DNA from: Nemertoderma westbladi
Lineage: Eukaryota > Animalia > Xenacoelomorpha
Assembly: GCA_032718475.1 (NCBI GenBank)
Contig: JAUCBJ010007737.1
Span: forward strand, 1 to 39,605
DNA: 39,605 bases
Direction: 5' to 3'
Within the stretch, counting starts at the first letter, position 1. Every line of letters begins with the position of its first letter. A model generated the notes under the pieces. The model had not been told where the DNA came from. It ran no database searches and worked only from the letters and a program-made list of their open reading frames with translations. The position numbers were made by a program, and so were the translations under genes. Shown here in pieces: positions 1-12,700 of the stretch.

Positions 1-223
1 AGGGGCGGGTTAAAGTGACGGTGTTTTCTAGCCAAAACAATAAGCAAAGTTAATTTCACTTGCGGTCAATTTGCGCGACTACCCCCCCCCCCCCCCCCCC
101 CCCCGCTGTAGTGTTACGCATTGCTATGCTACTTTAAATGTTCCAATATTGTTCCTAATTCATTATTGTGGTATATGCATCGTGTTCCTCTAGTTGTCCT
201 ATAGTGCGTGTCGTGTTTGATTT

Positions 224-2935
224 GTGTGATTGGGTACGAATGTTCCTATAGTGATTGTGTACGAATGTTCCTATAGTGATTGGGTACATGTTCCGGTAGT
301 GATTGGGTACATGTTCCGGTAGTGATTGGGTACATGTTCCGAATATGTTTGTGTTATGCTCCTTAGTGATTGTGTACATGTTCTGGTAGTGATTGGGTAC
401 ATGTTCCGAAGGTGTTTGTGTTATGTTCCTATAGTGATTGTGTACATGTTCCGGTAGTGATTGGGTACATGTTCCGGTAGTGATTGGGTACATGTTCCTA
501 TAGTGATTGGGTACATGTTCCTATAGTGATTGTGTACATGTTCCGGTAGTGATTGGGTACATGTTCCTATAGTGATTGTGTACATGTTCCGGTAGTGATT
601 GGGTACATGTTCCTATAGTGATTGGGTACATGTTCCTATAGTGATTGTGTACATGTTCCGGTAGTGATTGGGTACATGTTCCTATAGTGATTGTGTACAT
701 GTTCCTAGTTCCTATAGTGATTGTGTACATGTTCCGAAGGTGTTTGTGTTATGTTCCTATAGTGATTGTGTACATGTTCCGGTAGTGATTGTGTACATGT
801 TCCTATAGTGATTGTGTACATGTTCCGGTAGTGATTGGGTACATGTTCCTATAGTGATTGGGTACATGTTCCGATAGTGATTGTGTACATGTTCCTATAG
901 TGATTGTGTACATGTTCCGGTAGTGATTGGGTACATGTTCCTATAGTGATTGGGTACATGTTCCTATAGTGATTGTGTACATGTTCCGGTAGTGATTGGG
1001 TACATGTTCCTATAGTGATTGTGTACATGTTCCGGTAGTGATTGGGTACATGTTCCGATAGTGATTGTGTACATGTTCCGATAGTGATTGTGTACATGTT
1101 CCTATAGTGATTGTGTACATGTTCCTATGGTGATTGGGTACGAATGTTCCTATAGTGATTGTGTACGAATGTTCCTATAGTGATTGTGTACATGTTCCGG
1201 TAGTGATTGGGTACATGTTCCTATAGTGATTGGGTACATGTTCCGGTAGTGATTGGGTACATGTTCCGATAGTGATTGTGTACATGTTCCGATAGTGATT
1301 GTGTACATGTTCCTATAGTGATTGTGTACATGTTCCTATGGTGATTGGGTACGAATGTTCCTATAGTGATTGTGTACATGTTCCGGTAGTGATTGGGTAC
1401 ATGTTCCGATAGTGATTGTGTACATGTTCCGATAGTGATTGTGTACATGTTCCTATAGTGATTGTGTACATGTTCCTATGGTGATTGGGTACGAATGTTC
1501 CTATAGTGATTGTGTACATGTTCCGGTAGTGATTGTGTACGAATGTTCCTATAGTGATTGTGTACATGTTCCGGTAGTGATTGGGTACATGTTCCTATAG
1601 TGATTGGGTACATGTTCCTATAGTGATTGGGTACATGTTCCTATAGTGATTGTGTACATGTTCCGGTAGTGATTGGGTACATGTTCCGATAGTGATTGTG
1701 TACATGTTCCGATAGTGATTGTGTACATGTTCCTATAGTGATTGTGTACATGTTCCTATGGTGATTGGGTACGAATGTTCCTATAGTGATTGTGTACATG
1801 TTCCGGTAGTGATTGTGTACGAATGTTCCTATAGTGATTGGGTACATGTTCCGGTAGTGATTGGGTACATGTTCCGAACGTGTTTGTGTTATGTTCCTAT
1901 AGTGATTGTGTACATGTTCCGGTAGTGATTGTGTACATGTTCCTATAGAGATTGTGTACATGTTCCGATAGTGATTGTGTACATGTTCCGATAGTGATTG
2001 TGTACGAATGTTCCTATAGTGATTGTGTACATGTTCCTAGTTCCTATAGTGATTGTGTACATGTTCCGAAGGTGTTTGTGTTATGTTCCTATAGTGATTG
2101 TGTACATGTTCCGGTAGTGATTGGGTACATGTTCCTATAGAGATTGTGTACATGTTCCGATAGTGATTGTGTACATGTTCCGATAGTGATTGTGTACGAA
2201 TGTTCCTATAGTGATTGTGTACATGTTCCTATAGTGATTGTGTACGAATGTTCCTATAGTGATTGGGTACATGTTCCGGTAGTGATTGGGTACATGTTCC
2301 GAAGGTGTTTGTGTTATGTTCCTATAGTGATTGTGTACATGTTCCGGTAGTGATTGTGTACATGTTCCGGTAGTGATTGGGTACATGTTCCGGTAGTGAT
2401 TGGGTACATGTTCCGAAGGTGTTTGTGTTATGTTCCTATAGTGATTGTGTACATGTTCCGGTAGTGATTGTGTACATGTTCCGGTAGTGATTGGGTACAT
2501 GTTCCGATAGTGATTGTGTACATGTTCCGATAGTGATTGTGTACATGTTCCTATAGTGATTGTGTACATGTTCCTATGGTGATTGTGTACATGTTCCCGA
2601 AGGTGTTTGTGTTATGTTCCTATAGTGATTGTGTACATGTTCCTATAGAGATTGTGTACATGTTCCGGTAGTGATTGGGTACATGTTCCTATAGAGATTG
2701 TGTACATGTACCGATAGTGATTGTGTACATGTTCCGATAGTGATTGTGTACGAATGTTCCTATAGTGATTGTGTACATGTTCCTATAGTGATTGTGTACA
2801 TGTTCCGATAGTGATTGTGTACGAATGTTCCTATAGTGATTGTGTACATGTTCCGATAGTGATTGTGTACATGTTCCGGTAGTGATTGTGTACATGTTCC
2901 GATAGTGATTGTGTACATGTTCCGATAGTGATTTT
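224..2935. repeat. 23-bp minisatellite array (~115 copies), consensus CTATAGTGATTGTGTACATGTTC
   Basis: Direct tandem repetition with interspersed variants (CTA/CGG/CGA at unit start, TGT/GGT, AC/ACGA) and an occasional CGAAGGTGTTTGTGTTATGTTC unit. The overlapping short ORFs are translations of the repeat. Confidence 0.97.
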
Positions 2936-3374
2936 GTGTTATGGTGCCTATTACGTACCCCTACCTATTCTATTCGTAATGTTCTTTAATATTTTTATGC
3001 CTCTTACAATATTAATTTTATATAATCGTGCTTTACAGATACAATAGGAAGACTACATTTTATTGCCTACATAATTATTATATTATATACTATAGTCGCG
3101 GTGCTGTTATATTATACAAATTACCTACCGTTATATTATAAACGATTATTAGTGAGTGTTGATCAAATATAAAGATGTCGTTTTTGTAATTACATTCATT
3201 TTGAAAACCGAATTAAAATATCTTCAAAATTTTCCTCCTGAAACTTGCCTGTTGCTTGTAATCTCAGACCTTTTTGGTGTTTAATCCTAGTCTACTTGTG
3301 TGATAGAAATTATTCCGATGTCGATATGTTAACTTATTCACAGATCACTTCAAGGGTGTTTTTATAAAATTATA

Positions 3375-3955
3375 CAAGATCACGTTGGTGTTAAAAAACA
3401 CTTGGGCATTAGAACTTAATTTTGGGTAATAGAACTTACCCCAGATACCACTACTTGGTATTATTATAACATAATCCCAGACCGCTTGGTGTTATTTGAG
3501 AACTTAACCCCAGACACAACATGGTATTATTAGAACTTAAGAGACCATTTGGGTAATATAACTCAACCCTAGACACCACTTGGTGTTATTAGAACCTCCC
3601 CAGACACCACTTGGTATTATTATAACATAATCCCAGACCGCTTGATGTTATTTGAGAACTTAACCCCAGACACAACATGGTATTATTAGAACTTAGAGAC
3701 CATTTGGGTAATATAACTCAACCCTAGACACCACTTGGTGTTATTAGAACTTAACCAAACCACTTTGTGGTAGAACTTAATCCCAGACTATTTGAGTAAT
3801 AGAACTTATCCCAGACTATTTGGGTAATAGAACTTATCCCAGACCACTTGGTATTATTAGAACTTAAACCCAGACCACTTGGTGGTAGAACTTAATTCCA
3901 ACAAATATAACTTATCCCATATTTCTATAGTTTATAGTTTACAAATTTATTCCAG
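3375..3955. repeat. Degenerate ~30-bp tandem repeat (AGAACTTAATCCCAGACCACTTGGT core) including a ~155-bp block duplication
   Basis: Core motif recurs many times; ~3440-3595 is nearly identical to ~3598-3750. Confidence 0.85.
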
Positions 3956-4227
3956 ACTAAAAGCCTGTGGACCTTCGGGCCACAGCTTTCTAGTGCATGA
4001 GCGAGCAGATGATATTGAATATGTTAGGAGAAGTGTGTAACAGATAGGAGAAATGCATACGGAACATACCGTCATAAAATAAAACGCCGCCCCCATAGGA
4101 GATACCGTAACTCAAGTTTCAACTTAAGCGGATTGCAAATACAACATTTCGAGAAAATGTTCACTTTCAGACATTTCGCTCTCTAGCGGTAAACAGGGGA
4201 ACTGTAGACGACTATGCCACTATTTAA

Positions 4228-6838
4228 CCCTTTGAGGACCGCAAGGGTACCAGAAGTGCCACATTTGATTCAAGTGAATATTTGGGGTCAAGACCCATAT
4301 AAAAACATAAAAACAAAAGGACTTTGAAAAATTTCAATGCCTTCATAGAAATCTGAGCCGGGATCCTGGAGTCCCTATGGTCCTTAAGGTGAACCTGGGC
4401 ATTTTTCAATAAAATCAACGAAAAGGTAGAAATTGTTGGAAATTATGATGAACTGGTCAGTCCAAAATAGTTGGCAGTAATTTGTACACAAAAACGTGCC
4501 AAGAAGAAGGTCCAAGGTTTTAGGAATTCCTGGAAATTCTGAAAAACAGCAGAAATTTCTGAAAAAAAATTAAAAAAAATTAACGATTGCGAAAATAGCT
4601 AAAATTATTATTAACTGGAAAGTGGAAATGCAAGCTAGAGTAGGGCCATTATATTATATATCAAAGTAACAACTATTTTTAGTTAAACTAAATTTAGCAC
4701 AGGTAGGCCGATAAACAATATAGGCTACTGAAAAAATTACAAAATAATGAAATTATGAAAATTATTTATAACTGGAAATTCCCACTAAGAACTATTATAT
4801 ACAGGTACCGCCGGGTACCAATGTAACAATTATTGCACATTATAATAGTAGAATCAATCTAGGCCCTATATAGTATAGATCTATATAGAAACCTATATAA
4901 TCAAATTAGGCCTATACAACAGTTAAAGTTTAGACTAATTATGGTACTCTTCGAAGCAATTGCGAGCATTGATTCCGGGATTAACGTGTTTGGGGGCTCC
5001 ACGTAATACAGCAAAACTGTCAGGCTGTTAGCCTAATATATAAGTAACACACGTCATACTGTAAACCAATTGAGGGAAAGGAGCAAGTTACAGAGGCAGG
5101 CTTTTCTAACCAAAACAATAAACGGCCACTTTTTGACTTTACCACAGTCTGACAGTACCGTTACAGTACGTGGAGGCCCTGCAACACGTTAGTCCTGCGA
5201 TTCCAGATATAGAGATACACTGCAAAAATGTACTTGACAGGCTTTACATCTAATATTATCGATCTTCTGCTTAGCACACTGGGCACATCTGCCTCGCCCA
5301 TCATCTAGCTGAGGCATGTGGGCATTCAGAGCATAAGAAACAATTGGTGGAAGAATCTTCTTGCGGTAATTGGTGGGAGCTTCCCTAGTACGGCTGCAGA
5401 AGTTTCCAATAGACACTGTTCGAGATTAAGTTTATAATCTAGCAGTCGGGACTTTTCACTGGTTAGTTGTTCCTGGACTCGGAAGGAATTAACAACACTG
5501 ACATCCAATAGATCAAATATTAATCGTAAATAAAACCGGAACCTGGACTTTCGATACAACTCGTAGCTGGCCTTCATCTGATCACAGAGTTCTACCCCAC
5601 TCACGACTTGGTTGTAGACTTGGACTGATTTTGGACAATAAGGACAGCTTATCAGAAGTCCCAGCTTGGTGCTTGGCGCCTCTTTACAACTACAGTTTCT
5701 CTAGGGTTGATGAAATTATCCACCATATAAACAGAACGATTATCAACCCACTTGGTGGCGACGAGTGATCCTAAGCAACGCCAATCAATATCTCCTCTCT
5801 TAATTTCCTTTATCATCTTTGAGCATATCAACAGGAAATTGTATACGGTTTACTCGACAAGTACCCACTTGATTACAAGTTAATTTCAGTTAATTTTTGG
5901 ACAAGATTAGGACTAGTGAATAATTTATCAGAGCCAGAGGCAATGTAATGTAATGAATACCAGTAGTATAGCCTAGGCTGCTAACCTATGTCCTGTATGA
6001 ATAGAATATCTGAACATAGGCCTATATAACATTAAGTTACTAATAGTTGGGCCAAATTATTACCTACAGCCTGCCCGGCCCTACTTAGCAGCCCTGGTTA
6101 GGCTGTTTAGCTACTAACACTGTAACAAGTAGCTAATTCCAGAATTCAGTAGGCCTAATTGAATTCCGTCCGCAATAGGCCTGACTGCCAGACAGCTGAT
6201 ACAGTGACCGGTAAAGATGATTGAGAAAACGAACCACCTTAAATGAACGGGTAGGCTAGATTTGTAGACAATGAATGTATCTGTAAGGGCCATTAAACGC
6301 AGCCAATCATCGCCGATACCTTGAAAACACTGTCCAGTGTTCAGACAGGCATGTGCATTGAACAACAAGATGATGCAACCAAGCACATCCTGACTTTGGA
6401 GAACAAGGTACTGATGGCGACAGAAGTCCTGTTATTTCAGCTCATTTGATTAAAAAGTTACTTACGGACAGCGGGACTCCCAGATCCCGCAAACGGAAAC
6501 AGCTGGCATTTTTTCCCTGTAATATGTATAAAAATTTTGTTTGTTGTTTTGAATAAAGGGAAGGTGTGTCTATTTAATTTCAGTAATTACTGCACGTAAT
6601 GACTTTTTGTATCAGAACTACAGTTCTCCAAACATTGTCAAAGTAAAAAAAATATTATTCAAATTTGAGATTATACAAAAACTTAACAAATAATAAAATT
6701 TGTGAAATTTCGCTGGGATGAGTTGCTCTCATCTATAATTAGTCCACTAAAACAAATATTTCGTCCGATGTGCGAAAATCAACTTCAGGAGCTTAGCTTT
6801 TGTGTTTGGGACTCCGGAGTCCCGCAGTCCTCAAAGGG
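4228..6838 (-). mobile_element. piggyBac-family DNA transposon, internally deleted/degenerate
   Basis: TTAA target duplications at 4224-4227 and 6839-6842; terminal inverted repeats CCCTTTGAGGAC(C/T)GC; transposase remnants inside. Confidence 0.93.
5189..5935 (-). pseudogene. piggyBac (PGBD-type) transposase C-terminal remnant
   Basis: Frameshifted motifs in the expected order: SDKLFTSP (DNxFTS), VGTCRVNR, TKWVDNRSVY, SGVELCDQMKASY..RKSR..LIFDLLDVSVVNS, then a Cys-rich tail RGRCAQC..CKACQVHFC. No N-terminal half recognised. Confidence 0.88.
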
Positions 6839-7346
6839 TTAAAGAAACAGCCTATGCCATAGTAGTCACCAAGTTTCAGTCTAAATGGATTGTAATAAAT
6901 AACAAAGTTGGAGAAGATGTTCGCTTTCAGACATTTCCCCCTCTAGCGGAAGACTGGAGAACTGTATTTGACTCAACGTACCCGTAAAGATTGAGCCTCT
7001 GCTGTAGTAAACACCTGCCAGGTTTCAACTCAAAAGGATTAAAAACAACCAAATGAGTTCAGGTTTTCTCTATCAGACAATTAGCCCTCTAGCGGAAGAC
7101 GGGGAACTGTAGACAACTCTGCGACTCCGTAAAGATACAGCCTATGCTGTAGTAGATAGCTACCAAAGCATTAAAAACAACCAAATGAGATCAGTTTTCA
7201 CTATCGGACTATTCGCCCTCTAGCGGCGGACGGGGGAACTTCAGACGGCTCTTGAGTATTACGTTGCAACGAGTTTGGGCGAGACCTTTCTAACAAGCTA
7301 TAATAATCAAGATTTCATGGAGATGGGTTTGATTGTATAGCCGATG

Positions 7347-7716
7347 GAGACAGGGGGGGGGGGGGGGGGGGGGACTGGACGCAAATCCCATCTTGGCGAA
7401 TTAATGTCCCGCCTCAATGTTAAATTCTCAATTAAGGGAAAGGAGCAGGTTACAGTGGCACGTTATTTTAACCAAAACAATTCCATTCGACGCAAATAAC
7501 AGATGATTACTCTCAAAAATAAAACTGTAACCTGTTCTATTGTGTTTATTTTATTGTTTTGGTTAAAATATCGTGTCACTGTAACCTGCTCCTTTCCCTA
7601 AATTGGGAATTTAACATTGAGGCGGGGTATTAATTCGCCAAGGCGGGTTTTGCGTCGAGTCCCCCCCCCCCCCTGTCTCTATTTTTGAGAGTAACCAGCT
7701 GTTATTTGCGTCGAAT
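7347..7716. repeat. Inverted repeat with ~130-bp arms bounded by poly-G/poly-C
   Basis: 7347-7481 is the reverse complement of ~7553-7680, and 7485-7521 is the reverse complement of 7680-7716. The AGGGAAAGGAGCAGGTTACAG..AACCAAAACAAT part also occurs at ~5073-5120 and 1-41. Confidence 0.85.
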
Positions 7717-8440
7717 TTCCCCTGGAGAGGGATGCATTTTTATTGCGTCGAAAGTCACCCCTATCTGAGCCGATGACAAACACACACACAGACCAGACAG
7801 ATAATAATTGATATTTATATTTATTAGATTTTAGATGTATGTATAATATTAGATAAAATAATAATACAGTAAGAAGGCCTACATAAATCATCACTTTACT
7901 ACAGTAAAACAATAAAATAGCTAAATTGTTATAAACCTCTCCTTCCATGCAGCCATTGATTGAGAAAGCAGAATTAGTCTTGGACAGTTCCCAACAGACA
8001 ACCCACCCCAATCAACACTCCAGCCTGGCTTGCTCCTTATCTGTGCCCAGCTAGCTGCGAGTTCAATAATTACCTTAACGTTGCTATGATACAGAAAAAA
8101 ATCCTTTCCTATTCACTAACAATAGGCCAATTCGATCGTGCTTGGCGAATATGACATATTTATACACTATTTGATTTTTAATCAATAAATAATCATACAT
8201 ATTTATATTAAACACTCGAATAAAATAAAAACTTTGTGAGAATGGGACACGGCGAATCTACCCATGTTAATTTTATACCAGATGGGATAAATGTTAGCCC
8301 TCTAAATCATTAATTACCGATAGAAGAACCAAATATTATTCGATAAATTTCGCCCGAACGAACACAAAATACGCATTCACGCAAGCAAACGCGTAAAAAA
8401 ATGTCTTTAAAAAAACGTGACGTCATTTATGGATGGCCCC

Positions 8441-8560
8441 TTATTATAACTTAATCCCAGACCACTTGGTAGTAGAACTTAAGCCCGGACACCACTTGGT
8501 ACTTGGTGTTATCCCAGACCATTTCAGTGAGTGATGAGAAAGTTATCCCAGACCACTTGG
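8441..8560. repeat. Second patch of the degenerate ~30-bp CCCAGACCACTTGGT repeat
   Basis: Same core motif and orientation as 3375-3955. Confidence 0.75.
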
Positions 8561-8870
8561 ATGTTCAAACACCCCGACATTCTGAAATGCCTCAATGTCG
8601 ATTTGATTGCAATATCAAAAAATATAAATAATATTTGCGTAACAAACAACCTAATCAGCCAATCTCATGCGAAAGATTCCTTTATTGAAATTGAATGTTA
8701 TGAAAAATTCATTATTAAATAAACATACAATGAACACATTAAGGTCAAAATGAATCTACCGATACAATATTTATGTACAATAAATCGATTAATATGTTCG
8801 ATCAATAAACAATATTTATCGAACAGTTACAGCGACAGTAATTGCACTGGTTGGTTGGTGTATAAGCCAG

Positions 8871-9375
8871 CTAGTTACTGAGGTTGGCCATTATGTTAGC
8901 CGTAGCGATCTCTTTATCGCTGAAGGAACCGCTGGGTAGGTTGAGCGAACTGTCCGATGGTTGGTCCTCTAACGCATCATCGATAACGTTTACAGGAGTG
9001 GTTACTATCGTCTCTTCCAAAGATTCTTCCTTATTGTTAACCTCTCTGGCTTCTAGTCCGTCCTCTAGTCTATCTGTAACGCCGTTGTACCCACCAACGC
9101 CGACATTAACCTCAGCAGGGTCTCCTGTGTGCGGATGTTCCACAATCCCGTCAACATCCACGGTCTCGGATTGCGCCTCCGGTTTTACCAGCGGCGCCGC
9201 CGACACTGACGGTGGTTGGCGACGTTCGTTGCTATGTGGTTTCTGTTCCTCCGAGAGTCTACGGGGCCGTTTCGTAGGAATGGAAGGCGCTACTGAAACT
9301 CCTTTGGAAGAACTTCGACTCTCAGCCAGAGTTATATCGAATTCTTTACGCTTCAATGCGTTCTTAATCTGAGCC
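8871..9375 (-). CDS. BAP18: BAP18/C17orf49-like protein, exon 3 (last coding exon)
   Basis: Acceptor TTTCAG at 9381-9376. The phase-2 join gives ..RTV|AQIKNALKRKEFD, matching the BAP18 RTVAQIK..KRK motif. Continues in ORF 8871..9356 to TAG; includes an ETVDVDG motif. Confidence 0.88.
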
Positions 9376-9474
9376 CTGAAAATAAATTAAATCTATACAA
9401 CAAGCTGATAAGCCTTGGTGGTTCACGTTCTCTGTCATTGAGTGATCCTGTGTACAAAAATAGTCCTTTATCGC

Positions 9475-9547
9475 AAACGGGGGTCGAACCTGCAACATTG
9501 GCATTACGGTTATGAGTATGGCCGCTCTTCGGAATAAGCTATTGAGC
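9475..9547 (-). other. tRNA-derived (Met-like) SINE head or tRNA pseudogene in BAP18 intron 2
   Basis: Minus strand GCTCAATAGCTTA..AGAGCGGC..CTCATAA..GCAGGTTCGACCCCC shows A-box/B-box-like motifs and a CTCATAA loop; stems are degenerate. Confidence 0.4.
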
Positions 9548-9742
9548 GTGAGAATCATTAGTGCAGAAAGTTTCATCTAATTCCATCACGTATGATGGCT
9601 GAGAGATCGCAATATACATACATAATAATAGATCAGAAACAGGAGTTACTTTGTCAAAGTCCGTTAACAAACAGGTTGTCTAATACCGTGAACCAACACT
9701 TTGTCAAAGACATTGAACCATCACTTTGATAATGACCATCAA

Positions 9743-12700
9743 GCTATACTCTAACACTGTCCAAGTAAGTGTCGGATATACTAACACTGTCCAAGTAAGT
9801 GTCGGATATACTAACACTGTCCAAGTAAGTGTCGGCTATACTAACACTGTCCAAGTAAGTGTCGGCTACTCTAACACTGTCCAAGTAAGTGTCGGCTATA
9901 CTAACACTGTCCAAGTAAGTGTCGGCTATACTAACACTGTCCAAGTAAGTGTCTGCTATACTAACACTGTCCAAGTAAGTGTCGGCTATACTAACATTGT
10001 CCAAGTAAGTGTCGGCTATACTAACACTGTCCAAGTAAGTGTCGGCTATACTAACACTGTCCAAGTAAGTGTCGGCTATACTAACACTGTCCAAGTAAGT
10101 GTCGGCTATACTAACACTGTCCAAGTAAGTGTCGGCTATACTAACACTGTCCGAGTAAGTGTCGGCTATACTAACATTGTCCAAGTAAGTGTCGGCTATA
10201 CTAACACTGTCCAAGTAAGTGTCGGCTATACTAACACTGTCCAAGTAAGTGTCGGCTATACTAACACTGTCCAAGTAAGTGTCGGCTATACTAACATTGT
10301 CCAAGTAAGTGTCGGCTATACTAACACTGTCCAAGTAAGTGTCGGCTATACTAACACTGTCCAAGTAAGTGTCGGCTATACTAACACTGTCCAAATAAGT
10401 GTCGGCTATACTAACACTGTCCAAGTAAGTGTCGGCTATACTAACACTGTCCAAGTAAGTGTCGGCTATACTAACATTGTCCAAGTAAGTGTCGGCTATA
10501 CTAACACTGTCCAAGTAAGTGTCGGCTACTCTAACACTGTCCAAAGTGTCGGCTATACTAACACTGTCCAAGTAAGTGTCGGCTACTCTAACACTGTCCA
10601 AGTAAGTGTCGGCTATACTAACACTGTCCAAGTAAGTGTCGGCTATACTAACACTGTCCAAGTAAGTGTCGGCTATACTAACACTGTCCAAGTAAGTGTC
10701 GGCTATACTAACACTGTCCAAGTAAGTGTCGGCTATACTAACATTGTCCAAGTAAGTGTCGGCTATACTAACACTCTCCAAGTAAGTGTCGGCTACTCTA
10801 ACATTGTCCAAGTAAGTGTCGGCTACCCTACATTGTCCAAGTAAGTGTCGGCTATACTAACACTGTCCAAGTAAGTATCGGCTATATTAACACTGTCCAA
10901 GTAAGTGTCGGCTATACTAACACTGTCCAAGTAAGTGTCGGCTATACTAACACTGTCCAAGTAAGTGTCGGCTATACTAACACTGTCCAAGTAAGTGTCG
11001 GCTATACTAACACTGTCCAAGTAAGTGTCTGCTATACTAACACTGTCCAAATAAGTGTCGGCTATACTAACACTGTCCAAGTAAGTGTCGGCTATACTAA
11101 CACTGTCCAAGTAAGTGTCGGCTATACTAACACTGTCCAAGTAAGTGTCTGCTATACTAACACTGTCCAAGTAAGTGTCGGATATACTAACACTGTCCAA
11201 GTAAGTGTCGGATATACTAACACTGTCCAAGTAAGTGTCGGCTATACTAACACTGTCCAAGTAAGTGTCGGCTATACTAACACTGTCCAAGTAAGTGTCG
11301 GCAATACTAACACTGTCCAAGTAAGTGTCGGCTATACTAACACTGTCCAAGTAAGTGTCGGCTACTCTAACATTGTCCAAGTAAGTGTCGGCTATACTAA
11401 CACTGTCCAAGTAAGTGTCGGCTATACTAACACTGTCCAAGTAAGTGTCGGATATACTAACACTGTCCAAGTAAGTGTCGGCTATACTAACACTGTCCGA
11501 GTAAGTGTCGGCTATATTAACACTGTCCAAGTAAGTGTCGGCTATACTAACACTGTCCAAGTAAGTGTCGGCTATACTAACACTGTCCGAGTAAGTGTCG
11601 GCTATATTAACACTGTCCAAGTAAGTGTCGGATATACTAACACTGTCCAAGTAAGTGTCGGCTATACTAACACTGTCCGAGTAAGTGTCGGCTATATTAA
11701 CACTGTCCAAGTAAGTGTCGGCTATACTAACACTGTCCAAGTAAGTGTCGGCTATACTAACACTGTCCAAGTAAGTGTCGGCTATACTAACACTGTCCAA
11801 GTAAGTGTCGGCTATACTAACACTGTCCAAGTAAGTGTCGGCTATACTAACACTGTCCAAGTAAGTGTCGGCTATACTAACACTGTCCAAGTAAGTGTCG
11901 GCTATACTAACACTGTCCAAGTAAGTGTCGGCTATACTAACACTGTCCAAGTAAGTGTCGGCTATACTAACACTGTCCAAGTAAGTGTCGGCTATACTAA
12001 CACTGTCCAAGTAAGTGTCGGCTATACTAACACTGTCCAAGTAAGTGTCGGATATACTAACACTGTCCAAGTAAGTGTCGGCTATACTAACACTGTCCGA
12101 GTAAGTGTCGGCTATATTAACACTGTCCAAGTAAGTGTCGGCTATACTAACACTGTCCAAGTAAGTGTCGGCTATACTAACACTGTCCGAGTAAGTGTCG
12201 GCTATATTAACACTGTCCAAGTAAGTGTCGGATATACTAACACTGTCCAAGTAAGTGTCGGCTATACTAACACTGTCCGAGTAAGTGTCGGCTATATTAA
12301 CACTGTCCAAGTAAGTGTCGGCTATACTAACACTGTCCAAGTAAGTGTCGGCTATACTAACACTGTCCAAGTAAGTGTCGGCTATACTAACACTGTCCAA
12401 GTAAGTGTCGGCTATACTAACACTGTCCAAGTAAGTGTCGGCTATACTAACACTGTCCAAGTAAGTGTCGGCTATACTAACACTGTCCAAGTAAGTGTCG
12501 GCTATACTAACACTGTCCAAGTAAGTGTCGGCTATACTAACACTGTCCAAGTAAGTGTCGGCTATACTAACACTGTCCAAGTAAGTGTCGGATATACTAA
12601 CACTGTCCAAGTAAGTGTCGGCTATACTAACACTGTCCAAGTAAGTGTCGGCTATACTAACACTGTCCAAGTAAGTATCGGCTATACTAACACTAACACT

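Larger units (their letters stand above)
4120..7250. repeat. ~145-bp tandem units (CTCTAGCGG anchor) interrupted by the piggyBac
   Basis: Anchor at 4181, 6941, 7087 and 7218. Removing the 2611-bp piggyBac plus one TTAA gives spacings of 145, 146 and 131 bp. An inverted copy of the same motif lies at ~17039-17072. Confidence 0.8.
3957..7835 (-). mobile_element. Non-autonomous Helitron-like element (~1.26 kb without the nested piggyBac)
   Basis: On the minus strand it starts A|TCTAAAATCTAATAAATATAAA followed by a TCTG/TG microsatellite. It ends with a GC-rich hairpin (CTGTGG..CCACAG, 3965-3986) and TTAG|T, a variant of CTAG|T. It contains internal ~145-bp tandem units. Termini are consistent with Helitron rules, but the 3' end is imperfect. 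Confidence 0.5.

Noticed and set aside
155-2895. Many short His/Tyr/Cys-rich ORFs
   Set aside because: Frame-cycling translations of the 23-bp repeat.
8884-9372. 162-aa Ser-rich plus-strand ORF
   Set aside because: Antisense shadow of BAP18 exon 3.
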